Assembly (NCBI RefSeq): GCF_009914755.1
Contig: NC_060935.1
Source of the DNA: the human T2T-CHM13v2.0 reference genome, Homo sapiens
Reading direction: 5' to 3' (one strand)
DNA length: 64,000 bases
The first letter of the stretch is position 1; every line of letters starts with the position of its first letter. Of the stretch, positions 24,089-35,422 are shown in pieces. The position numbers and the translations under genes were made by a program. The notes beneath the pieces are model-generated. The model saw nothing but the letters and a program-made list of their open reading frames with translations. It made no database searches and was not told the origin of the DNA.

Positions 24089-27000
24089 TGTATGGAAGTT
24101 TAAATTTTCCCCCTGAAGTTTTGACAATTTTAGTTTATAAAACACACTGATAATAGATAAATAGGAAAAAAGGCATACAAGTTTTGTTATGTGCACATTT
24201 GTGTGTGAGAGTCATACCAATATAAAGACTCAAAGAAATGGCCAAATGGTTGATGCTTTTATGCTATCTTGAGGTTACAGAAAGAATTGGGGATTGGAGC
24301 ATGGCAAAAGAGATTGTAAGAGGGAGAGAAGAGGAGGCCTGGCTAGCAAAAGTGGTCTTGTTATACAGATGAAACCTCACAGGTAGCAGCCCTCAGAAGG
24401 AATGATGGTAGCCAGTGGTAGATGTTTCTGTCAGAGCTTTAAGGGTGTCAAAGTCTCAGTTAATCTTTCCTAGATTCAGATAAGGAAGAGTTTCAGAGAA
24501 AGCTTATTTGCATCTGTTGTTTACTTTATTTCCTTTAAAGATGCAAATCTCGCCCACGAAAGGCAGCTTTTTAGTTATTCTTGTGTTTGTAGCCCTTCTG
24601 AATAAGCCATCTTGAAATATGTCAAAGAAGTGTATTTTGGGGTAAAATATTTTAGTTTCTTCCGTTTAGCACCTCCTTTGAAACTTTACTTTCAGAAAGT
24701 TTCACATATTAAAAGCCAAGTTGATAGCTTTGAAGAAATTTGGGTTAGAATTTTTGAGATAAGAGATAGGCAAAGGGGAAGAAAAAATAGAGATTAGGAT
24801 AAGCAGAGAAGACCAAATTTATGCGTATCATATCATATCTTCTTAAATCAGTCTCCTAGTCCTGAGAATAGGTCAGCTCAGTTGAACAGTTGCGTCTTAT
24901 TTCAGAATGTGGCATTGCAGATGGGCTTTCAGAGCCAGGCTTCTACATCTGAGGTAGACATGAAGATCTTTAAGAAAAGGCATTTGTGTGGAAACAGGAG
25001 AAAAACAAAGGTTAATGTTGGAAGTATTCTATAAACTAATTTTCCTAGATCTCTGAAGCATTTCAGATTGCAGTGGCAACCTGACAGATTTTCCTGGATT
25101 GTAGTTCTAATTGGGTGATCCAGTGAGCTCCCTGAGTAGTCCATACATCAACAAGCATGAAGGCTGTTTATATATAAGTTGCTGTAGTGGTTTCACTTAA
25201 AGTTTATATCAAGTTGTCTAGATTCAGTTAGCAGGGCTTCAAGAAAAGCACAGTTTTAATTTCTAGTGATTTTAAGTCAGAAGAGCAGGAGAAAGTTGGA
25301 AATGTTGGTTTGGAGACTTAAACCTAGGTACGAATTCAGGAGTCAGTCAAAATTGTGGCCAAATAACAAAAACTCACAAACAATGGTTAGACTTGCAGTA
25401 TAATAACATGTGTACTATAGTTTTCTTCTGAAACATAGCTTTTCTCTCTCCAGTCCCCCATTTCGACCAAGATGAATTATAGTAAAACTAATTTATTTGC
25501 AAAGTAAGTTTCAGGTCTATTATATTTGGCCTGATTATTTGGATAAAGTACAGCAAGAAAAGTGTTTGGCTATATAGGCTCTTTTGAGTTGGCTTTGCTG
25601 GAACATTCTTGCAAGAAAATCTGGATTAGACTTTTAAAAATTTGTTGAGGCTTAGGAGCCAAGACAAAAACTATCTGTAATACCAATATAAACTGGGTGA
25701 ATTCTTCTTTTCTTGAGGTCCCTAAAATATCTTGAGGTTTCTGGGCCTGTCAGAAAGTGACATTCTTTACTTACTGAAAGGTCAGCAACCCTGGAAAGAC
25801 TGTGTAGACATGGCATCAGGTTAGTTTGTCCATGGGGCTTTTATCAGCTCTATAAAAGTTAACTTCAATTCCTCAAAGCAGTCTGGTCATATATGAAAAT
25901 ATGATCTCACAATCAAAGCCTTGGTAAAATAGTCATTGTTTCCAACTGTGTCCTGTTACCAAAAAACCCAACAACAACAAAACAAAAAACCCAAAGCACA
26001 GATTCTTATTGAACTCATGCAAATAACTATATTGCCATAAAATAAGAGTACTCATGGTTTCTGAATTCTTGAGAAACCAGGTAGAGAGAAAGGTAAATCC
26101 TTTAATTTTGCTCAGAAAAGTGTATTTTACCCAATTGCTGTAAAGCTATAGATAACGAAGAAGAAAAAAAAATTGATGCCGACAAACAACACATAAAAAG
26201 AGTCAGAAATGTTTCAAACAAAAAAGTCATAAAAATTATTTTAGTCCTCCATCAGTTTAGTCTCATGTAATTGATTTTTAATCTGTTTGTTGTTATGTTA
26301 GAAATTTTTTTAGTACAGTTATTTTTTTTTCCATTGAATGTTTTGGAATTATTACCCAGTCAAAGTCACCAGCAAAGGTCTATTTCAAGTGCCTGTCAGA
26401 ATCTATTCAACCTTTCCAAGAACCTCCTTAAAGACATAACCTAGGATTATACTTGCTTGTAGTGATCTTTTAGAGGAAGCATCAGCATAAAACAATTTAC
26501 TATGGACAAGATTTAAAATGGTCATAAAGACAGAATTAACAAAGAAATTTGGTTATTTTCTGTGGCCTATGACAATTTTACATAATAATAATATGTCTGA
26601 TAACATGTATCAAGACACATCAGGTTTTTAGGAATCTCATACAATTTCAGAAGACATTAATAACACGTTTATACAAACATAACTAAAAAATAAACATTAT
26701 TTCTATTTGACAATGATTTAAGAAACCAAATAAACTTAATGCCTCTCTTGGACTTACAGGGGCCCTTTTTGGAAGGTCAAGAAGGTAGTGCAAGGTCAAA
26801 AAGACTTAATCTTAGAATTTTGAGGTTAGATTTTGGGAAGCCTGTCAAATACCAAAAGTATAAAACACTTAATCAAAATAAGATCACGGGTCACTGTAAA
26901 ATAATATTTATTTAGCCAAAGTTATAATTAATGGATTCTAAAAAGCAAAGGTATCTTTAGTCTTCGATAGGAGACTTGCTTCTCCAATCAAAAGACTTAA

Positions 27001-28930
27001 CAAGGATAGCACGATGTACAACCGCCCTCCCCACTTCTTTTTTTCAGTTTACTCAAAAGGTAAACAAAAATCTTTTACCATATTTTATTAATACTACATG
27101 AAAATCTAGTTCAAAAGAGAAAACAAAGTTCTACATTTGCATCAGTGTATTATTAATACTAAAACTAATTTTAATAAAACCTTAAAAACAGATCAGTCTA
27201 ATCTCTATCGGCTTTGACCACACAAAAGAGTTCCTAAGCCTTTTATAACCTCTTACAATTTTTCCCATTCTCTTTCTTTCTTCAACTTTCTATATTCATT
27301 CAGTTTTATCTATCATGCGTTTTTCCTTCACACTAAAAAAAATTTTAAATAACCTCTAAACTAGACAAAATTACTTTTCCTTGAAAAAAATACCACATTC
27401 TCATGTCTTCCTTGTAAACTTCTTCACCAAAAACACATCCTAGTTTCCTTTGTATATAGGATTCTTTCTCTTATATCTTGTAGCTGTAATTAAATATATT
27501 AACTACAATTTTAATTCTTAGTAACCCTAACTTTCAGTGAAAAACCTAGGAAGTAAGCAATTTTAATTGTTATGTATCAGATACAGAGCTCAGGACAGAA
27601 GACAGCTGTGAAGACAATGCCTGGAGGATCTGACCTCTCTCAGCCTGGCTGGGAGACAGAGCTAGGCCAGGAGAATGAGATGATATTGGGCCTGGCTCTG
27701 CCCTGCAGCTGGTGGCCCAGGCACTATGTACATACATATGTCCCCAGGCCTCACAATGACTACTTGTAGAGACCCTGGAATCTAACTGCTCAAAACCAAA
27801 GACATAAGCTAATGGACAAATTAAGCAATTATCAAAAGTATTACAGAAGCAATGGTTTTATTGCTTAATAAACAATTGAAACATCCTTAAAACATCTAGC
27901 AAAGACAGCATAAATCTGTCCAACCAATAGACCTAGGAAAAAATGATAGGTGACTTTGATAGGAGAATTGCTTTTCCGAACAATCAAAAGACCTGATAGA
28001 GAAAGCATGATGTACACTCTCACCCCCTCTTTTTTTTCAGTTTACTCAAATGAAAACCTCTTACTGTATCTTATTAATGTTACATGAAAATCTATATTGA
28101 TACTACATGAAATACTATATTTTATTAGTACTACATGAAATGTTTGAATTGTAGTTAATACTGACAATTCTGAAGACATTCTTATTTTATTTTACCAACA
28201 ATTTTACAGCTAACTTTACTTACCAAAAATTACTAAAGTCACATCAACTTGAAAAGCATATGGGCTTACTTATGTAATTTATGAATACTAAATTGTTTCC
28301 AAGTCATTTTGGTACCATGTAGACACTATATAAACCCAGACATGAACACGTGTATACTTCAAATGATAGGCAAAATTTTTGTATAGTTTTGATTGAAAAA
28401 TTTTAGTCATATGACAGGTAAAACTCATGAGTTTAAAAGGGTGGTTGGATTAAACTGTCAATCTGTAAATGGAACAGGTTAAAGTTTATCTGTCCCACGT
28501 GGCCAAAGCCTTTACGGAGTTTTAGAGAAAACAGGGTAGCAAATTTACACTTCAAAGCACAGAGAGCATAGGCTTTCTAAAGAAGGAGTTTGGTTATGTT
28601 AGAGGAAGATAAATAGATAACCAAGGTAACATAGCATTGTAGGGATTCACCACAGTATTTTATAAGCAGGCCAATTTCATTTAGATAGGTAGCTTCTAAT
28701 TTAGTCTCTTTTCCAGGTGGAACACTGAGCTCAGGATGGAGCCCATTAACAAATACTGCCAACACAACATTTGCAGTTTCCAGGGTCCAATGCTTATATA
28801 TGTGAAAAGCAGACAAATCTCCACGAAAGGCAGCTTTTTAGCTATTCTGTGTTTCCAGCATTTCTGAATAACGCATCTTGAAATATGTCAAAGAAGTATA
28901 TTTTGGGGTAAAGTATTTTAGCTTCCTTCA
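24089..28930 (-). mobile_element. Non-autonomous MER4-group ERV1 provirus (LTR48/LTR49-like); complete 3' LTR ~24089-24664, 5' LTR reduced to ~28813-28930
   Basis: TG...CA ends, TSD ATAG (24085-24088, 28931-28934), LTR homology between 24543-24664 and 28813-28930, purine tract beside the 3' LTR; no gag/pol ORFs. Confidence 0.85.
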
Positions 28931-29082
28931 ATAGTCTAAGTGTCCATTAATACCCCTTCTCTGTGATGTTTTCCTGGATCGTCCCAGGTACTTCCAATAC
29001 CTTAGAAGATCTAAGATACTCCTCCACTCCTGGCAGATTTGTGCCTCAGAGTCCCTGAAACAGTGGAGCAGTTGTAGCTCAT

Positions 29083-29461
29083 TGCTGTAAATGGAATGTG
29101 CATCCCCTTCAAATTCACATTGAAGCCCTAAGCCACCCTGTGACTGTATTGGAGACAGCACCTTGAAGGAGGTGATTAAAGTTAAATGAGGTTGTAAGGT
29201 GGGGCCTTGATGTAACAGAACTGATGTCTTTATGGAAGAGGAAGAGACACCAGAGATCTATCTGTTTTTGCCACATGAGGACACAGCAAGAAGATGGTCA
29301 TCAGCGACCTAGGTAGAGAGCTCTCACCAGAAACTAAATCCCACTGAAACTTTGATCTTGGACAGACTTTCCAGCCTCCAGAACTGTGAGGAAATAAATT
29401 TCTGTTGTTTTAGCCACTCAGTCTATGATATTTTGTTATGGCAGCCGAGGTGAGTAGATAC
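29083..29461 (+). mobile_element. MLT1A solo LTR
   Basis: ccagcctccagaactgtgaggaaataaatttctgttg body. Confidence 0.85.
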
Positions 29462-30312
29462 TCTTGCTCACTGTGGAAGCTAACATGCATGGCCCTGTGG
29501 TCTGCACTGGGAGTATACAAAGAGGAAAGGCACGGCCCCTGACTGAAGAGACCTCATTGCCTTTACCAAGAGCAGCAGGTAGAAACAGACATACCACCAG
29601 AGATTTACTTTTTATAAGTTACTTTTTATAAGTCTCTGAACCTCAGTTTCCCCACTGTAAAAGAGGGATAATAATAACTTTTCTTCAGAGGGTTATTATG
29701 AGGATTAAATGAGGTTAAGCAGGTTAGGTACTTAGCATAGACACATGGAAAGCACTGAGAGTTATTTCAGATATTACTGGTAATAGTATATGGAAAGGGT
29801 ACCAAGGCATATTGCTAGAAGGATGATAAAAAAAAAATCTGAGGAGATTAAAGTAGAATTGAGTTTTACAGGAAAAGTAGCAATTAACCAGAAGACATTC
29901 CTGGTAGAAGAAACAGAATTTGCAATTATTGGGGATAGGAAATAACATGCCACACTTGAGGGACTTCCAATAAATTGGTAGGACCTGATAAGCTCCAAAT
30001 GAGTGCAAGGGCTGCAGGAGGAGGGCTTAGGGAGGAACAGTGGGTGAAGGGCAAGAAAAGCAGTCAGGAACCAGGGAGACAGAGTTTGAACCTTATTCTG
30101 GAGATTTGTAGGGAGCCATTGAAGGATATTGAACAGTGGAGCTTCAAGTCATTGGATTTAGATGGGAGGAGGGTCACCTCTTTCATTGAGGAGAGAAGGA
30201 AGAAGAAGAGATAAATGCAGTTGCAGGTAAGTTTGAAGATGACAAGAAATGAATGTGGTCTGGATGGCTTGGAATTCTCTGTGGGATAAGAGGAGAGGTC
30301 CTCTGATGAGAC

Positions 30313-30797
30313 TGAGGTAGGAAGCAGGACTTGACTCCAGAGGTGGGGCTCATACACTGGGCCAGATTGAAGACTAGCTAAAACAGGGCCAGGATGGAAG
30401 CAGCTTTCAATCAGACATGCCAACCAGTATGCCACATCTATTTACTGTTGCCATGGCAACACCGGGGAGTTACCACCCCTTTCCATGGCAATGGCCCAGT
30501 TACCCAAAAGTTAATACTCTTTCCCTAAAAATTTTTGCATAAACTGCCTCTGAATCTGTATGCAATTAAAAGTGGGTATAAATGTGACTGCAGAACTGTA
30601 CTGAGCTGCTACTCTCTGTCTATGGGGTAGCTCTGCTCTGCAGGAGCACAGAGCTGTAACACCATTGGAGCTGTAACACTGTCTGTTCAATAGAGCTATT
30701 TTCTTCTGCCTCTAGCTTGCCCTTGAATTATTTCCTGGGAAAAGCCAAGAACACTCAGAGGCTAAGCTCCACTTTGGGGCTTGCCTTCCTTGCATCA
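30313..30797 (+). mobile_element. MER66-like ERV1 solo LTR
   Basis: tgaggtaggaagcaggacttgactcc...catca; flanks agac/agaa; TATA-like gtataaat ~30576. Confidence 0.8.
30446..30461. promoter_or_regulatory. Perfect palindromic RFX X-box TGTTGCCATGGCAACA
   Basis: Matches consensus GTTGCCATGGCAAC; function untested. Confidence 0.55.
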
Positions 30798-30841
30798 AGA
30801 AGAGGGCATGAAATGAGGCATGGCAGTATACTGGCTTGAAT

Positions 30842-31594
30842 TGAAACAGCCTTTGCAAAAATTATTATGACAGTGAAAGAGATCTGACCTTACTGACTCC
30901 ATCTTGCCTTTAACTTCCAAGCTGCCCTTGGTCATTTCTGGGTGTAGGCCGAAGTAACTTTGGGAGGAATTTAGTTTACAGGTTAACTTTGAAACAAAGA
31001 TGTTAACAGTCTCTCCTTGAAATAAACTCCTTCTTACCTGGAGGGAGGAAGACTGCTTTTGTAAAACTAACAAATTAGCCACAATATTAGAAATTATGGA
31101 TTAGCAGCCATGCAACCAGAGGCTACAAGATTCTTAATCTTCCCAATTGCTCATCTGGGTAATATTACTTTTGTAAAACCTAAGATTGGTGTTTGAGATA
31201 TTTTTCGGACCCTGCATTCTGGTGGGTCAGCTGGCACCACCCAGACTGGTAAGCAGGCTTGTCTGTTCTTACAGCTTCCACCCAGGAACCAATTGAGCTC
31301 ATCCCTGCCAATCAGCATTCCCCACCCTGCCTTCTTAAAAAAATCCATCTTAAAAAAAAATAGCCCCCTGTTTCCTAGCCTCCTGCCTTCTTAAAAAAAA
31401 AAACACACACAAAAAACTATCTTAAAAAAATCCTAGCCTCTGAATTTTCAGATAGGCTGATTTGAGTAATAATAAAGTTCCAGTCTCCTGTTTAGCTGGC
31501 TCTACATGTATTAAACTCTTTCTCTATGGCAACTGCCCTTTCTTCACTAATCAGCTCTATCTGGGCAGTGGGCAAAAAGAGCCCATTAGTTACA
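30842..31594 (+). mobile_element. LTR8A-like solo LTR
   Basis: tgaaacagcctttgcaaaaatt...gttaca; TSD GAAT. Confidence 0.9.
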
Positions 31595-31724
31595 GAATGG
31601 GGGAGAAAGCTGCTGGGGACGTGTAGAAGATTTCTTAGCAGCACTAAAGCTTTAGCATTTGTAGTGGGATCTACATGGGGCAGTAGAGTTGAGGATAATA
31701 AAGAAGGAAGGATTAAAGTGCTAT

Positions 31725-32427
31725 TGAAACCGTCATTGCAAAATTATAACTGAGACAGTGAAAGAGATCTCACCTAACCAACTCCATCTTGCTTCCAACC
31801 TCCAAGCTGTCCTTGTTCATTCCTGGGTGTAGGCTGAATGGGACTTTGGGAGGAACTTAGTTTATGGTTTATAATTTAAAACAAAGATGATAACAGTCCT
31901 TTCCCAAAACAAACCTCATTCTTGCCTGGGAACTAGACTGCCTTTGTAGGACTAACAAATTAGCCTCAAGATTAGAAATTATGGTTTAGGAATCATGCAT
32001 ATGGAGGCTACAAGATTCTGAACCTCCCTAAATTGCTCCTAAGATCAGTGCTTGAGATATTTTGCAGACTCTGCACTTGATGGATCGGCTGGCCCCACCT
32101 AGATTGATAAACTGGCTCATCTGGTCTTGTGGCCCCCACCCAGGAATGACTCAGAGCAAGAGGACAGCTCCAACTCCCTATGATTTCATTTCTGACCCAA
32201 CCAATCAGCACTCTTTACTCACTGGCCTCCCCAACCCACCAAATTATTCTTAAAAACTCTGAACCCTGAATGCCTGGGGAGACTGATTTGAGTAATAATA
32301 TAATAAAACTCCGGTCTCCTGCATAGCCAGCTCTGCGTGAATTACTCTTTCTCTATTGTAGTTCCCCTGTCTTGATAAATCAGTTCTGTCTAGGCAGCAG
32401 GCAAGGTGAACCCGCTGGGCAGTTACA
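31725..32427 (+). mobile_element. LTR8 solo LTR
   Basis: tgaaaccgtcattgcaaaattataactgag...gttaca; TSD CTAT. Confidence 0.9.
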
Positions 32428-32710
32428 CTATCATCAAAAAAGGAAGGAAGCTACAAGGAGAGAGTCAGATTGAGAGATTATGGCCTGGCCAATCCACTGG
32501 AGGTCTCTGTTAGATATGAGAGATTTGCATGTTGGAATTTGAAAACTGTTAGAGTGCATTACAGGCTGGTAAAATTAAAGTGGTGGAGAAATGCAAGTTT
32601 CTAGATGTGTTCATGGGTGTCTGTGATCAGTAAGGGAAATGAGCAGCAAGCTTCTGGATTAAGAAGGGCAAGAAATTGTGAGGGCCAAGGTTTTGGATGG
32701 GTCTTGTACA

Positions 32711-32880
32711 TCAGCGCTTTCCAAATTTTAATGTGCATATGGACCACAAGGGATTTTGTTAAATTGCAGATTCCAATTCACTAGGTCTAGGGTGGGGCCT
32801 GAGATTCTGCATTTCAATAAGCATCCCCAGTGATGCCGATTCTGCTGATCTGCCGCCCACACTTTGAGTGCCATGTCTAA
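32711..32880. mobile_element. MER5A
   Basis: ggtctagggtggggcctgagattctgcatttcaataagc core. Confidence 0.85.
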
Positions 32881-33671
32881 ATGGATAGTGAGAGGGCCCA
32901 GGATGCAGGCAGGTGGTGGTGGGGAATTCTATGCCTTTGGACCTCCTCATCAATGGTGCTGTCATGGAAGGGAGAAGGAGTCAAAGCAGAGGTGTAGGGG
33001 AAGCCAGCTGTGCCCGGCATGTCCCATAGCAACCTTTCTGCAATAAGGGAGAAGGCTGCTAATTGGCTAGCAACACTCAATATTAATTAACTCAATAGAA
33101 TTGGTCCCCTGAAGCCTGTTTTGCATAATTAATGAGTGCTCAGCTATAAGCTGCTGAAAACACTGACGCTGAAGTGTTACAATTTTCCGATCAGCTAAGC
33201 AGAAACACCGCAATCCATACTGTTTGTGGACACAGCAAAAAGCTTAGCTCTTCCTAATTACTGAGATTGGCTATAGAGCCCTTGGCTTTGCCATATCCTA
33301 ATGGGGAGAAGCAGGGCTGGACTGAGACACATGGGCACCCCAGGCAGGCTGATAATTTGATGCCTCTTCAACTAAATACTCTTTAAATATTTGTTCAGCT
33401 TTCAAGAAAAGAAGCTGAGTACTTCCTTCTGGAGGAGCAGAATAGGAAAGTGCTGGGCCGGGTGCAGTTTCTCCTTTGTTGTCCCAAGCAATTCAGCTCT
33501 GGCTCAAACTCTCATAACAAACTCAGCAAAACAAGATCCTGCAGTTATAGGCCCACACTCCTTAGGACGCAGGTTGCCACCATCTCTAAAGATCTCTGGA
33601 AGATGCCTCTGGGAGGCCTTGCCTTCCATCCCAAGTTGTTCACTGAAGGACTTTCCCTGAGACATCTCTCT

Positions 33672-34912
33672 TTTGTGTTTTTCTAAATTTTTAAGTTTGG
33701 TAAAAATACACATAACATAAAATTTACTATTTTTACTACTTTTAACTGTACAATTCATTAGTGTCAGGTACATTGACATTATTGTGCAACCAATCTCTAG
33801 AACTCTTTTCATCTTGCAAAACTGAAACTCTACCTATAAAAAAAAGCCCATTCTCGGCTCCCTTAGCCCCTGGCAATCACCACTCTAACTTCTGTCTTAT
33901 AAATTTGACTACACTAAGTACTTCATATGAATGGAATTATAAAGTGTTTGTCTTCTTGTGGCTGGCTTAGTTCACTTAGCATAATGTCCTCAACATTCAT
34001 CTATGTTGCAGTGTATGTCAGAATTTCTTTTCAAGGCTGAATAATGTTCCATGTTTTGCTCATCCATTCATCAACTGGTGGACAATAAGGTGGTTTCTAC
34101 CTTTTGGCTATTGGGAATAACGCTGCTGAGAACACGGGTGTACAAATATTTCTTGAGACTCTGCTTTCAATTCTTTTGGGTATGTACCCAGAAGTGGAAT
34201 TTTTGGATCATATGGTAGGTAATTCTATGTTTAATGTTTCAAGGAGCCACCATACTGTTTTCCACAGTGGCTGCACTATTTTACATTCCCACTAACAGTG
34301 TACAAGAGTCCCAATTTCTCCACATCCTTGCCAATACTTTTTATTTTCTGTTTTTATGATGCTACCAATCCTAATGGGTTGAGGTGGTATCTCATTGTGG
34401 TTTTGATTTGCATTTCTCTAATAATTAGTGATGCCAAGCATCTTTGAATGTGATTATTGGCCATTTGTATATCTTCTTTGGGGAAATGTCTGTTCAAGAC
34501 CTTTGCCCATTTTAAAATCAGGTTGTTTTTCTGTTATTGAGTTGTAGGGTATCTTTATATATTCTGGATAATAACCCCTAATTAGATATAAGATTTGCAA
34601 ATTTTTCTCCTATTCCATGGGTTGCCTTTTCACTGGGTTCTTTGATACACAGCTTTTAATTTGGGGCTAATCCAATTGACCTATTTTTTCCTTTGTTGCC
34701 TGTGCTTTTGTTATATCCAAAAAATCATTGCCAAGTCCGCTGTCATGAAGATTCCCCTCTATGTTTTTTTTTTTTAAGAGTTTTATAGTTTTAGCTCTTA
34801 TGTTTAGGTCTCTGATCCATTTAGAGTTAATTTTTGTATATGGTGTAAGGTAAGGGTCCAACTGCATTCTTTTGCATGTGGATATCCAGTTTTCCCTACA
34901 TTATTTGTTAAA
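33672..34912 (-). mobile_element. L1MB-type 3' fragment
   Basis: ORF 34667-34867 (LDPYLTPYTKINSKWI) is the ORF2 C-terminal region; L1M 3' UTR present. Confidence 0.9.
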
Positions 34913-35159
34913 AATGAGCTCTATTAACAAATAGGTTTTTTCTTTTTTTTTTTTTTTTTTGTATATTGGTACATTTCTTGAGAAGTTTAGCTTCACTTTT
35001 AGATTGGCACCATGGAGAGCTTTGTCCAGCTGTTGGGATGGTCTGTAATGGGTTAATTTCCTTAGCATTCAACCAGGGCAGAAGTTAGTGTGGAGAACTG
35101 GTTCTCCAATGCCTACTTAAGCCATTGGTTGAATGGTTTGAAGAAAACTTTTTTTACCT

Positions 35160-35415
35160 AGAAGCATAGATTCTGAGTCAAACTGCCTAGCTCCAAATTC
35201 TACATCTACTATGTATGGATAGTTACCTGGTCATGCACAAATTACTTACCTTCCCTGAGCCTCATATTCTCTATCTGTATAATAAGGTTAATAATAGTGG
35301 CCCTTTCTAATACTCAGTGACATTAAGAATTAAGTGAGTTAGTAATGAGCACTTAAACAGTTTCTGACACATAATAAACATTTCATAAATGTTAACTATT
35401 GTAATTATTATTATT
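35160..35415 (+). mobile_element. MIR
   Basis: ttacttaccttccctgagcctcatattctctatctgta core. Confidence 0.75.
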
Positions 35416-35422
35416 CTGTAGC

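Noticed and set aside
30842-32427. Two LTR8-family LTRs as one collapsed provirus
   Set aside because: Each has its own TSD (GAAT, CTAT), they differ in subfamily, and the spacer has no PBS/PPT.
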